Virus record (IMG/VR): IMGVR_UViG_3300012890_000076
Coordinates: 1-54,649 of that record
Reading direction: 5' to 3' (one strand)
Length of the DNA: 54,649 bases
Origin: a virus
Lineage: Duplodnaviria > Caudoviricetes
Part shown: positions 19,065 to 28,198 of the stretch, in pieces
Layout of the letters: each line of letters starts with the position of its first letter
How positions within the stretch are numbered: the first letter of the stretch is position 1
Notes under the pieces: model-generated
The model's input: only the letters and a program-made list of their open reading frames with translations
Database searches by the model: none
Told to the model about the DNA's origin: nothing
Translations under genes and position numbers: made by a program

Positions 19065-19892
19065 TTAGGCGGCCGAATCGACGAGGTCGACCAGGTAGCC
19101 GTTCTCGCGGCCGGTGGGCTGCGAGTAGTCGGCCTCGATGGTGCCGGAGACGCTGATCTTCACGACGTCGTTGCCGTCCTGGATCATCTGCACGTCGCCG
19201 CCGTCGCCGCCGAAGGCGAGCTGCGGGATGATCAGCTTCCGGTTCACGCCGCGCAGGTTGTTCTGGCGCATCATGAAGCGGCCGCGGAAGAACAGGCTCG
19301 ACAGGAGGTCGTAGGCCGAGACGCTGGCGGCGGCGGTCACGGCGGGGGCCGTGAAGGTGACCTCAACGTCCTCGTTGGCCTCGGCGCCCTCGGGCCACGA
19401 GGTGATCTGGATGGTGCCGGACTTGCTGTCGTGACGGTAGGTCAAGGGCGAGACGACCTCGCCGCCGATCTCGACGCTGGTCACGACGGTGTTGATGAGG
19501 CCGGCGTGGGCAGCCTCCTCGACGACGTTCGCGCCACCCTTGAGCTCCAGGATCTCCTGGAGCATGGCGCCCCGGAAGGTCTGGGTCTTCGAGGCGACGG
19601 CGTCCTGGGTGTAGGGGCGCTGGTTCGCCATGAACGCCAGGCCCATGCCCAGCTTGTTCAGGTTCGAGAACTCGATGTCGACCATCCCGCTCTGCTCGGA
19701 ATAGTCGGTCGCGATGATGGGACGGCCCGGGTCCTCGGGGGTCCGGATCTCGCTCTTGGTCGAGCTCTTCTTCCACGACAGGGTGGCATGCCCGAACTGG
19801 GTGTAGCCGGCCTGGCCGAGAAGCTGAAAGCCACACTGCCCGGCGGGCTTGAGGAGGCCATTGGCGGAGAGCGGCTTGTAGATCGTGCCCAT
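19065..19892 (-). CDS. Major tail (tube) protein
   Basis: Position before the chaperones; strong AGGAGG RBS; beta-rich 275 aa. Confidence 0.8.
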   Translation of the reverse strand: MGTIYKPLSANGLLKPAGQCGFQLLGQAGYTQFGHATLSWKKSSTKSEIRTPEDPGRPIIATDYSEQSGMVDIEFSNLNKLGMGLAFMANQRPYTQDAVASKTQTFRGAMLQEILELKGGANVVEEAAHAGLINTVVTSVEIGGEVVSPLTYRHDSKSGTIQITSWPEGAEANEDVEVTFTAPAVTAAASVSAYDLLSSLFFRGRFMMRQNNLRGVNRKLIIPQLAFGGDGGDVQMIQDGNDVVKISVSGTIEADYSQPTGRENGYLVDLVDSAA

Positions 19893-19904
19893 CGGGGCCT
19901 CCTG

Positions 19905-20366
19905 TTATTGACGCGAAAGGATCGTGCCCGGGTCGTTTTCCGAGCTCACGAAGGGGACGACGAACGCCAGGTGGAAGCCGCCCTGCGACCCCTTCTCGGA
20001 GGCGAAGGTCTGCGGCTGCGAGGACACCAGGCGGATGTCCTCGATCTCGATGCCCAGCGCGGCGGGATCGCACAGCGCGGCGCGGGTCTTGTTCGCCAAG
20101 TCACGGCTTTCGAGGCGGAAGGTGTCCAGGCCCTCGTCGAGGACGATGAGGACGTCCATCTTCTGGTGGCGCTCGATGAGGCGCTCGCCCGGCTCGCTGC
20201 CGTGGTACTCGCGCACGTCCTCGGCGCCGATGCCGATGACGCAGCACGGCAGGTACTTCTCCGGGATCGGGAAGTCCTCCGGCCCGAGGACGCGCTTGAA
20301 CTCCGGAACGGCCGCCTTGATGCGGGCCCGGAAGGCGTCCTCGATGATCGTGAGTGCGTCGGACAA
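19905..20366 (-). CDS. Putative tail terminator/completion protein
   Basis: 153 aa immediately upstream of the major tail gene. Confidence 0.6.
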   Translation of the reverse strand: MSDALTIIEDAFRARIKAAVPEFKRVLGPEDFPIPEKYLPCCVIGIGAEDVREYHGSEPGERLIERHQKMDVLIVLDEGLDTFRLESRDLANKTRAALCDPAALGIEIEDIRLVSSQPQTFASEKGSQGGFHLAFVVPFVSSENDPGTILSRQ

Positions 20367-20409
20367 CTGGCTCTCTCGCTACGTGCGAGAGGGAGATTCC
20401 GGGGTGGCC

Positions 20410-20430
20410 CGTGGCCCGTGCAAGGTCACG
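20410..20430 (-). promoter_or_regulatory. Motif A copy (CGTGACCTTGCACGGGCCACG), putative late promoter/operator
   Basis: Exact 21-mer, intergenic, upstream of the tail genes. Confidence 0.75.
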
Positions 20431-20459
20431 CCCCGCGTGCGGCCGACGTGCGCCCAACG

Positions 20460-21020
20460 CTACTCGGCGCGGGCCAGCGTCAGCTTGCGCCAGAGGCCCT
20501 GCCAGGCCTCCACGGCGAGCACCTGGTAGGTCTCGCCCGCGACCACGATGGTGGCGGCCCCGGAGGTCCTGCGCTGCCGAAAGCGGAACACGGTCGATTG
20601 GGTCAGGGCGGCGATCTCGTCGCCGTCCTCCAGATCCTCCAAGGCAAGCTGTCCGGCGACCGCCAGCTTCAGGGTGGCTGTGTCCGCCTTTGCGGTCACA
20701 AGCTGCGGCTGCTTGAGCTGAAGCTTCACGAGGCCACCGCCGTCATCGAGGGCGACGTGGATCTCCCAAAGTGCGCCCTCGGCGTAGATCATGTCGCCGA
20801 TCTCGACCTCGGGCGCGGCCGCCTTCTCAATGGATGCCAGGTCCTCGGCATCGAGCATGGGGACCTCCCCATCCATCCGGGACCGGACGAGCTCGGTCCG
20901 GATGAAGGTGGCCCGAAGGGAGACCGTGCCATGGGCGCGGCTCTCCAGGAGCGCGGGCCCCGACGCCGGGTGGGCCATGACCAGCGTCCGGGCGAGAACG
21001 GCAAACAGGGGCGAGGTCAC
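20460..21020 (-). CDS. Putative head-closure/head-tail joining protein
   Basis: Position between head and tail genes; two short beta-barrel-like halves (gpFII-like). Confidence 0.5.
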   Translation of the reverse strand: MTSPLFAVLARTLVMAHPASGPALLESRAHGTVSLRATFIRTELVRSRMDGEVPMLDAEDLASIEKAAAPEVEIGDMIYAEGALWEIHVALDDGGGLVKLQLKQPQLVTAKADTATLKLAVAGQLALEDLEDGDEIAALTQSTVFRFRQRRTSGAATIVVAGETYQVLAVEAWQGLWRKLTLARAE

Positions 21021-21559
21021 GGGACCGGCTCCAGAATGGCGTCGACGTCCGCCTTAGTCGTCGCGGTGCCGGCGACGATGGCGAGGAGCGCCTGGCCCTC
21101 GCGCACGAAAGCATCCCTGACGTGCCGGCCGACGGCGACCGCCACGGCCTGCATGGTCGCGGCGTCGATGGTCACCGGGCCAGCCATCGCCTTGAACACG
21201 ATGGGGCTGTCCCGGTCCACGAGCGACAGGGCGTAGGCCCGGTCGATCAGGCCCTGGCTGTCGCGGTCGGTCCTGATCGTCAGGCCACCGATCTCGATGC
21301 CGGCGGTCTCGATTTCGAAACGCCGTGTGGCCGCATATGCGGACAGGTCGGAGGTGACGGGGACGGCGCCCGGGGCGGTGCGGTCCACGGCCGTCAGGCC
21401 CTCTGGGGCCGGCGTCCCGACATAGGCCGGGCCGTCGGTCCAGGCGAGGGCCAGGCCGGCCCAGGATGGGTTGGCTAGGGCCCTGGCAAGCGCCCCTTCG
21501 CCGTCGCCTGCGTCGGCGATCACGGTCGAGAGGGAAGGGTCGAGAACGATCAGGCGCAT
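21017..21559 (-). CDS. DUF4376-like fibre-associated protein
   Basis: YAATRRFEIETAGI...IRTDRDSQ...AVGRHVRDAF pattern. Confidence 0.75.
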   Translation of the reverse strand: MRLIVLDPSLSTVIADAGDGEGALARALANPSWAGLALAWTDGPAYVGTPAPEGLTAVDRTAPGAVPVTSDLSAYAATRRFEIETAGIEIGGLTIRTDRDSQGLIDRAYALSLVDRDSPIVFKAMAGPVTIDAATMQAVAVAVGRHVRDAFVREGQALLAIVAGTATTKADVDAILEPVP

Positions 21560-21570
21560 GGCGGGAGTCC

Positions 21571-23022
21571 TTAGGCGGCGAGGAGGTCGACGACCTCAGT
21601 CCCGTTCGCGTTGCGGGTCACGTTCCGGAAGGAAATGGCGAACCTGTCCCCGGTGATCTGCTCAACGGCGGAGACGGTGACGGCGTCCGCGGGCGTGAAG
21701 CCCGCCACCCCCGCGCCGACGTTGAACGTAAACGTGGAGACCACGGTGAAGGGGGAGGTCCCGATGGCCGCGTTGGGGTCGATGGACACGACCGTCCCCG
21801 TCATCGTGGCGTTGGCCGCCTTGGTCAGGATCAGCGCCCTGGTCGGTCCGAGGGGGAGGATCTCGATGGCGGCCACGCCAAGCGCCCCAACGGTCGAGAA
21901 CGACCCGACGACGGAGAGTGCGTTCGTCGCCGGATTGCGGCGGATGAGCCAGGTCCCGTACTGAGACCCGGACGTGAAGGCGACGATGGTCAGGCTCTCG
22001 GACAGGCACGTCACGCGCGGGCTGCCGGCGATGGACACGCCGAGGCGGAGGCTGGTGACGACCCCGGCACCCGCGTCGTCGGCATGGACCAGGGAGACGG
22101 TCGCCTGGCCCCCGACGAACCCGGTCGCGGAGCCTTCCTGTAGCATGACCAGCATGTCGACCGCGCAGCGGTCGACCATGAGGCTGTATGTCGACACGCC
22201 CGCGGCGAGGTATCGCAAAACGCGGAACGAGGAACCCGGGCTCCGCTCCCCGACGTCGAGGATCGGAGCCCAGCCGGTCGCGGAAGCGGCGACGTTGGCA
22301 TAACGGGCGAGACCATAGCCATTGAGCCCAACGGGGAACAGGCGACGGCGATGACCGTAGGACGTCCCGACCGCGCCCGCGCCCCCGCTCGCGCTTGAGG
22401 TATGGTTGACGGTTCGATCAGTAACCGACGTGATAGTATTGGTCGCAGGGTCAAAGCTAACGCTGACGGTGACGCCAATGAAGATGAAGTTGTCGGACGA
22501 GTTTTGACCGTAATACTCAACCTTGAACGCGGTGTCAGACAGTCTTAGACCGCCGAACATGAGACCGCGATTGATGTTGTACGATCCGGCAGGGCCAAGG
22601 TTCGGGCCGATCAGGGACGTGGAGAGCTGCGTGGGCGCGCCGGTCGTGGCGTCGACGGAGAACAGGGTGACACGCGCGAACGGCTGTGTCTGGGCGCTGG
22701 AGATATTCTCCGACGCGACGACCGCGAAACGGGTCGGGGTGAGCCATACGATTCCGGCGCGGCCGTCCGAGTCCAGACCGACGCCGGGGAACGTGGCCAT
22801 GCCACGCGAGACCGCGGCTCCGGGGGTCGCCAGGGCTGAGATGGGGAACGCGACGGGCGGCGCAACGAGGCTCATGCCGGCGGGCTTGGCAACGCCCTCA
22901 AGCGCCGTCAGCCGGGCGGCGGTCGAGACGCGCCGGGCCTCAAGCTCGGCCGTCAGGACGTCGAGCTTGGCAATGAGTTCCGCGGGGGCGACGGTGCCGG
23001 CGAAGGTTGGGATGGCTGTCAC
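21571..23022 (-). CDS. Putative virion fibre/spike protein (beta-rich, S/T/G-rich)
   Basis: Short N-terminal coiled coil plus propeller-like body; adjacent to the DUF4376-like gene; central lower-GC segment. Confidence 0.5.
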   Translation of the reverse strand: MTAIPTFAGTVAPAELIAKLDVLTAELEARRVSTAARLTALEGVAKPAGMSLVAPPVAFPISALATPGAAVSRGMATFPGVGLDSDGRAGIVWLTPTRFAVVASENISSAQTQPFARVTLFSVDATTGAPTQLSTSLIGPNLGPAGSYNINRGLMFGGLRLSDTAFKVEYYGQNSSDNFIFIGVTVSVSFDPATNTITSVTDRTVNHTSSASGGAGAVGTSYGHRRRLFPVGLNGYGLARYANVAASATGWAPILDVGERSPGSSFRVLRYLAAGVSTYSLMVDRCAVDMLVMLQEGSATGFVGGQATVSLVHADDAGAGVVTSLRLGVSIAGSPRVTCLSESLTIVAFTSGSQYGTWLIRRNPATNALSVVGSFSTVGALGVAAIEILPLGPTRALILTKAANATMTGTVVSIDPNAAIGTSPFTVVSTFTFNVGAGVAGFTPADAVTVSAVEQITGDRFAISFRNVTRNANGTEVVDLLAA

Positions 23023-23030
23023 AAGGGTCC

Positions 23031-23234
23031 TCAGGAGGTGGGCAGGACGGAGCCGTCCATGCGCAGGCGGGGATCGTCGAGGCGGACGCCGGGGTCAGTC
23101 AGACGCCAGGCGCCGGCGGACGGGACGGTGACGGCGGCGGTTCTGCCGGTGGACAGCCGGACGAGAACGGTGGAGGGGCCCGTGCGCTCGGCGCCCACGA
23201 CCCGGGTCGGCGGCGGGCGGTAGTCGCCGATCAT
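23031..23234 (-). CDS. Small hypothetical virion-region protein
   Basis: ATGA-coupled, GAGG RBS. Confidence 0.55.
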   Translation of the reverse strand: MIGDYRPPPTRVVGAERTGPSTVLVRLSTGRTAAVTVPSAGAWRLTDPGVRLDDPRLRMDGSVLPTS

Positions 23235-23605
23235 GCCTCGCCCCCAACGGTGGCGGCCGCCAGCACGCGCAGGTCGAGGTCGCCCTGCGCGTCTGCGATG
23301 ACGACGAGGTCGGCCTGGGCGGCGTCGGGGAGGAGGAACGTCCAGACGCCCTCCGGCAGGGGGAACAGGGCGGCGCGCATCTGGTCGGGCGTCTTCCCGG
23401 CGACCTGGCCGCGGTGCCCAACGTAGAGCGTGCGCAGAGCCGGGACGACGAGCATGACGACGCTGGCCGCGGAGGCCAAACCGGCGTCGAGGCTGCGGGC
23501 CTCGGTCGCCTTCACGGCCACGGCCGAGGCATGGCCCCCGAGCGGGAAGGCCTGGACGGCAGCGCCGCCTTCGTAAACGGCGGCTGAGACGTACTTGTCG
23601 GCCAT
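23231..23605 (-). CDS. Hypothetical virion-region protein
   Basis: First ORF after the capsid terminator; GAGG RBS. Confidence 0.65.
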   Translation of the reverse strand: MADKYVSAAVYEGGAAVQAFPLGGHASAVAVKATEARSLDAGLASAASVVMLVVPALRTLYVGHRGQVAGKTPDQMRAALFPLPEGVWTFLLPDAAQADLVVIADAQGDLDLRVLAAATVGGEA

Positions 23606-23617
23606 GGGCCCCTCGAT

Positions 23618-23651
23618 GAGAAAGGGCCCGCCCGGGGTGCGGACGGGCCCT
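23618..23651 (-). terminator. Rho-independent terminator after the major capsid gene
   Basis: Minus strand AGGGCCCGTCCG-cacc-CCGGGCGGGCCCT followed by TTCTC. Confidence 0.7.
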
Positions 23652-23678
23652 CGTTTCAGGACGGATGGAGGGCGGCGC

Positions 23679-24719
23679 TCACTTGAGGCGAGCGTACTTC
23701 TTCAGGCTGTTGGGGCCGATGACCTTGACCTTGATGACGGCGCGCGGACGGGCCATCAGGTTCAGGAAGCAAGCCTGGAGGAGGACCTCCTCGCCCTTGC
23801 CGTGCTTCGTCGGCTCGATGGACACGTACATGTCCAGCGGGTTGCCCCAGAACTCCTTCATGTCGGACGGGCCGACGACGGAGCGGGCCTGGCCGGGGCC
23901 GACCGGCGAGAAGTACATGAACTCGTCGGAGACGAACCCATCGGTGGTGCCGTTGGGCAGGGTGTACCGGGCACGACCGTAGGAGGCGAGGTCGACCGCC
24001 TCGGACATGCGCACGCCCTTGCGCTTGTCGATGGACTGAAGCTGCACGTTCAGAGGGTTCTGGGCGGCAGACTCGACCTGCTTATTCAGGCGCAGGTTGG
24101 CGTGGGCGTTGCGGCCGGCGACGGCCACGTAGCGGTCCGCGGCCATGGCGCCGAGCTCGTCCTCGGACTGCTCCATGAGCTCGATGAACGCCTCGGTCGC
24201 GTTGAACTTGGCGTCCGTGGTGTCCCACTCAAGCACAATCTGCTCTTCGCCGAGACGCTGGAAGATGTCGATGACGAGCGAGCCGTCGTCGTCCAGCACC
24301 TTGCCTTCGAGCCAACCCTTGGCGCGCTGGAAGCCCCGGGTGTGGACCATGCTCTGGCCCATGGGAGCCAGGATGGCGTCGCGGTGCGCCTGGAGGGTGA
24401 TCAGGTTGGTGCTGCTGGTCTCGCGACGGTTCAGGACCTCACGGTTCTGGATCGTATCGCGGAGCTCGTAGACCGGGATCGGGATCTTCACGGTGTGGCG
24501 CTTCGAGCGATCCTGCACCGCCGCGTCGCCGCCGCGGGCGGTCACCGGCACCAAGCGGACCGTGCCCTGCTCGATGTCGATCTGGATGTCCTCGGTCACC
24601 GAGACGGTCTCGGTGGCGGGGATGAGGGTCTGGATGCCCGTATCCACGAACGGCATCTTGTTGACCGCGTCGGTCATCGTGACGTTCGAGAAGGGGTCGT
24701 TGCTGAACACGTCGGACAT
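23679..24719 (-). CDS. Major capsid protein, lambda gpE family
   Basis: FSNVTMTDAVNKMP, LVPVTARG, GKVLDDDG...DIF, C-terminal RPRAVIK; 346 aa after the decoration gene. Confidence 0.9.
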   Translation of the reverse strand: MSDVFSNDPFSNVTMTDAVNKMPFVDTGIQTLIPATETVSVTEDIQIDIEQGTVRLVPVTARGGDAAVQDRSKRHTVKIPIPVYELRDTIQNREVLNRRETSSTNLITLQAHRDAILAPMGQSMVHTRGFQRAKGWLEGKVLDDDGSLVIDIFQRLGEEQIVLEWDTTDAKFNATEAFIELMEQSEDELGAMAADRYVAVAGRNAHANLRLNKQVESAAQNPLNVQLQSIDKRKGVRMSEAVDLASYGRARYTLPNGTTDGFVSDEFMYFSPVGPGQARSVVGPSDMKEFWGNPLDMYVSIEPTKHGKGEEVLLQACFLNLMARPRAVIKVKVIGPNSLKKYARLK

Positions 24720-24745
24720 TGCCGTTGCTCCTGTCGCGGCCGCGC

Positions 24746-25147
24746 TCAGCGGGCCCGGAAGATGATGCCGCGGGCGGCGGCCGCCTCGGCGATGGCGTCG
24801 AAGAGATCGGCCGTCTCGGCGGCGTCGGCTCCCACGGGGAAGTCGATGCGGTCCGAGACCACCTCTGCGTCGCGGCAGAGGTTGGCACCCAGCACGCGCT
24901 CACCGGGGGCGCCCGCCTCGACCTCGGCGACGAGGAAGCCGGCGAAGGTCTGGGTGGCGGGGACGGCGATCAGGCCCGCCCCGGCGGGGACCACCGCGCC
25001 GGCCGCGGTGCGGGCGAGCGGGGTGGACGCGCCGTACCGGGTGTCGGGGGTCAGCTTCACGGTCTCGTAGGACCGGTCGCCGAGGTCGGTGAGGATGAAG
25101 TCGGCGTCGCGGTGACGCTCTTCGATGCGGTAGGTCTCGGTGCCCAT
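24746..25147 (-). CDS. Head decoration protein (gpD-like)
   Basis: DFILT...RSYETV...RDAEV...ARGIIFR; between protease and capsid. Confidence 0.8.
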   Translation of the reverse strand: MGTETYRIEERHRDADFILTDLGDRSYETVKLTPDTRYGASTPLARTAAGAVVPAGAGLIAVPATQTFAGFLVAEVEAGAPGERVLGANLCRDAEVVSDRIDFPVGADAAETADLFDAIAEAAAARGIIFRAR

Positions 25148-25160
25148 GACGGGAGATTCC

Positions 25161-26219
25161 TCAGTTAGCCTGGCCGGCGCGGTGAGCGACGTAGGCGGAG
25201 CGGGTCAGGAGGGCGGGCTTCTGGGCTCCACCACCCGAGGATCGGGTGACGGAGATCTCGCCGCCGCTGGTGGCGATGGCCGAGACCGCGACGGTGCGGA
25301 GCTCCTCGACCGAGGCGCCGCCGGCGGCGAGGCCCTCGAAGTCCGCGATGCGGCCGTTCCGCTGCGCGACGCCCCGGAGCGCGTCGACCTGGGCCTTGCG
25401 CGCCGCATCCACGGCCGGGGTGGCGACGGGGAGCACGGGGGCGGACCGCTGCGACAGGCGGGCCTCGGCGGACGCCAGGGCGGAACGGGCGGCGTCGACC
25501 TCGGCCTGGATGGCGGCGACGTCCTCGACGACCGGGGGCGTCACGACGGCATCGGGCACGATGACGGGAGCGGTGATCTCGGCGGGGGTCTTGTCGGTCA
25601 CGTCGGTGGCTCCTGAGCGGATGCGCGCGGTGTTGTCCGCGGGGACGGCCACAAGTGACGCCTCCCGCGGCTTCCACCGCTTGATGGTGATGAGGGGGAC
25701 CTGGCCGGCGCGCAGGCTCATGGACTGCTCGACGATGTCGAAGCCCACGGACACGGACCGGATGATGCCGTCCGCGATGTCGGTGGCGATGTCCTTCACG
25801 CCGTCCCGCTGGGACAGGCGGCCCGTGCAAACGAGGGCGCCGCCGTCGAGCCGGGCGCTCTCGATGACGCCCACGATGGCGTCGAGCGCGTAGTAGTAGT
25901 GGGAGTTGAGGATGGACGCGCCGACGAGTTGGTCGAGCTCCTCGGCGCCCCTGATGTCGAGCTGCTCCTCGACCGCGTGCCAGCGGGCGTACTCGTCGCC
26001 GTCAGCCTGGTAGTAGCGCTCGGACTTGACCGGCTTTCCGGACGCGAGCGTGAACTCGAATGTGCGGGTCTCGGGATCGAAGGAGGACGAGGAACCGGCG
26101 CCCGAACGGGTCACCAGGTCCCCGTCCCTCAGGCCGCGACGGACCGTCGGCGCGAGGGGCGCCTTGGGGGTCGTCGGGGTCTCGGGAACGGTGGTGGACA
26201 AGGACGGGTGCTCCAGCAA
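25161..26219 (-). CDS. Prohead maturation protease (HK97/U35-type) with C-terminal scaffold region
   Basis: ILNSH, IRSVSVGF, EASLVAVPAD motifs. Confidence 0.88.
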   Translation of the reverse strand: MLEHPSLSTTVPETPTTPKAPLAPTVRRGLRDGDLVTRSGAGSSSSFDPETRTFEFTLASGKPVKSERYYQADGDEYARWHAVEEQLDIRGAEELDQLVGASILNSHYYYALDAIVGVIESARLDGGALVCTGRLSQRDGVKDIATDIADGIIRSVSVGFDIVEQSMSLRAGQVPLITIKRWKPREASLVAVPADNTARIRSGATDVTDKTPAEITAPVIVPDAVVTPPVVEDVAAIQAEVDAARSALASAEARLSQRSAPVLPVATPAVDAARKAQVDALRGVAQRNGRIADFEGLAAGGASVEELRTVAVSAIATSGGEISVTRSSGGGAQKPALLTRSAYVAHRAGQAN

Positions 26220-26242
26220 TTTCTGAAGCTTCCGGGGCCGGG

Positions 26243-26263
26243 CGTGGCCCGTGCAAGGTCACG
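26243..26263 (-). promoter_or_regulatory. Motif A copy upstream of protease/capsid genes
   Basis: Exact 21-mer in a 58-bp intergenic gap. Confidence 0.75.
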
Positions 26264-26277
26264 CCTGAGAGGTCCTC

Positions 26278-27909
26278 TCAGACCTTGTCGTCATCCAGCA
26301 CGCTGTCCTCGCCGGAGGCGGCGTCGACGATGTCGCGCTCGCGGGTTTCCTCCGCCTCGGCCTCCGCGAGGACGCGCTGGGCCACGGGGGTCTCGAAGGT
26401 GCCCCGGGCGGCACCGGCCACCAAGCCGAGCGTCGCGGCCCTGGCAGCCGCCTTCGCGGCGCGGCGGTCGCGGACCTCGGGGCGGATCCCGAACATGCTG
26501 GTGGTGACGGTGTCGGGATCGATGATGTTCGCGTCGATGGCCTTGAGCATGCCCGCGATCTCCTGGCTCTGCCGGGTGATCTGCATGGCGGGCCACTGCC
26601 ACTCGCACATGTAGGCCTCCCACAGGGGACGGCCGGGCGGCGGGGTCCATAGCCCGACGGCGACGGCGGCATCGACGAAGTCGACCCGGGACGGATTGAA
26701 GAACTGATGCTCCAGCATCGAGTGCTCGATGTCCGCCTTGCGGCGCATGCTGATGCCGGCGAACGACATGGCGCGCTCGGTGATGCTCTCGACGTCACCG
26801 GTGACCTCGTGGACCGGGGTGCCCATGCCCGCGCAGAGGTAGAGCAGGTTCAGCCTCACGGTCTGCTGGAAGTTGGCGTTCGGGGGCGGCTGCATCATCT
26901 TCGCCTTCACGCCCGCAGGCAGGCGCCCGATCATGCCCGGCGACATGACGATGTCGTCGATGAGCGACCGCATCTCCTCCTCGTCCGGTCCCTCCTCACC
27001 GTCCGGCAGGTCCTCCTCCAGCATGATGGAGAGGTACTGGGAAGTGAGCATGTTGCGGATGTTGGCGTCCTCGAACTCGAAGTTCTTCAGGGCGCGCAGG
27101 ATGCCGGCCGCCAGCGGGACGTCGGGGCGGACGGCACCGGTCTCGGAGGGCACGTGGATGTGGTAGAACTCGTTGGCCGGGACGCGGGTCTGCTCCAGCG
27201 GCACGAACGACCCCATGGGGTCGGAGGTCCGGGGATGCCGGTTGTAGGGCCAGTAGGCGGCCCTGCACTCAATGGGGTCGAGCTCGACGCCCTGGATGAC
27301 GCGGCCACCCGGGGCGATCTGGTTCCCCTCCGACTGGGTAACGTTGTTGCCGGTGGTCAACTGCTGGCTCGACAGGGTCTGGAACTGCACCGGCACCAGG
27401 AGGCCACGCTCGGGCACCAACGACCCGTCGCGGAGCCTCTGCACCCGGCGGGTCCGGCGCCGGATCATCCCCTCGCCGTCGAGGAGGTAATCCCGGTAGG
27501 TGTCGTTGCGGATGAGGGATCCGAGGTCCTGTCCGCCGCGGGCGTCGAACCGGGCAGAAGCCATGCAGTAGAGGTCGTCGAGCTCGGGGTACTTGGACAC
27601 GGGCACCGGGCCCGTGCTGACCATGAGCTCGCACGTCTTGTTGATGAGCGACTTCACCCAGTTGTCGTTGCGGTACTGGTTCCTGACCAGGTTCTGGCTA
27701 GGACGCATGTACCGGATGGCGTCGTAGGGCCCGAGACTCTGGGTCTGGGGCACCAGGCCTGAGGTCGATGCCGCCAGATACGCGGGTTGGACCCGGCGCT
27801 GGGAGGGGGCCGTCCCGAAGCTCGTGGCCGAGCGGGTGCCGTCGGGCGCGAAGACGCCGCGGATCGCGCTGCCGGCGCGTGCCAGAAGGCCGGGGGGTGG
27901 TGCGCGCAT
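26278..27909 (-). CDS. Portal protein, lambda family
   Basis: RNQYRND, LLDGEG, IQGVELD...AYW...HP, GMIGRLPAG, EVTGD. Confidence 0.9.
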   Translation of the reverse strand: MRAPPPGLLARAGSAIRGVFAPDGTRSATSFGTAPSQRRVQPAYLAASTSGLVPQTQSLGPYDAIRYMRPSQNLVRNQYRNDNWVKSLINKTCELMVSTGPVPVSKYPELDDLYCMASARFDARGGQDLGSLIRNDTYRDYLLDGEGMIRRRTRRVQRLRDGSLVPERGLLVPVQFQTLSSQQLTTGNNVTQSEGNQIAPGGRVIQGVELDPIECRAAYWPYNRHPRTSDPMGSFVPLEQTRVPANEFYHIHVPSETGAVRPDVPLAAGILRALKNFEFEDANIRNMLTSQYLSIMLEEDLPDGEEGPDEEEMRSLIDDIVMSPGMIGRLPAGVKAKMMQPPPNANFQQTVRLNLLYLCAGMGTPVHEVTGDVESITERAMSFAGISMRRKADIEHSMLEHQFFNPSRVDFVDAAVAVGLWTPPPGRPLWEAYMCEWQWPAMQITRQSQEIAGMLKAIDANIIDPDTVTTSMFGIRPEVRDRRAAKAAARAATLGLVAGAARGTFETPVAQRVLAEAEAEETRERDIVDAASGEDSVLDDDKV

Positions 27910-27910
27910 A

Positions 27911-28198
27911 TCAGTAACCGATGTCGTGGGAGGGCCGGGTCCACCGGATACGGCGGCGTGCCTTGTCGACCTTGGGAGGCGGAGGGGGCCGCGGCGTGCC
28001 GTTGATCTCGGCGATCCGGCAGCGCATCTCCCAAATCGAGTAGCGGGCGCTGTCGGGGGTCATGAATTGAGCCCCGCCACCTGGACCGGTGATCTGGACC
28101 GCGCCGGCCGAGACCTGAGACTGGAGATGGTCGATGCCGGCACGGCATCGTTCCTCGCTCCATTCCGCGTAGGTGTTCCAGGTCGCCATCGTCACCAT
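27911..28198 (-). CDS. gpW-like head-tail joining protein
   Basis: Small gene between terL and portal as in lambda; SAGAVQI pattern. Confidence 0.6.
   Translation of the reverse strand: MVTMATWNTYAEWSEERCRAGIDHLQSQVSAGAVQITGPGGGAQFMTPDSARYSIWEMRCRIAEINGTPRPPPPPKVDKARRRIRWTRPSHDIGY

Noticed and set aside
18933-21236. Long plus-strand ORFs antisense to structural genes (also 28387..30648, 11750..13285, 23595..25070)
   Set aside because: Shadow ORFs expected from high-GC codon bias; the minus-strand frames carry recognisable phage motifs
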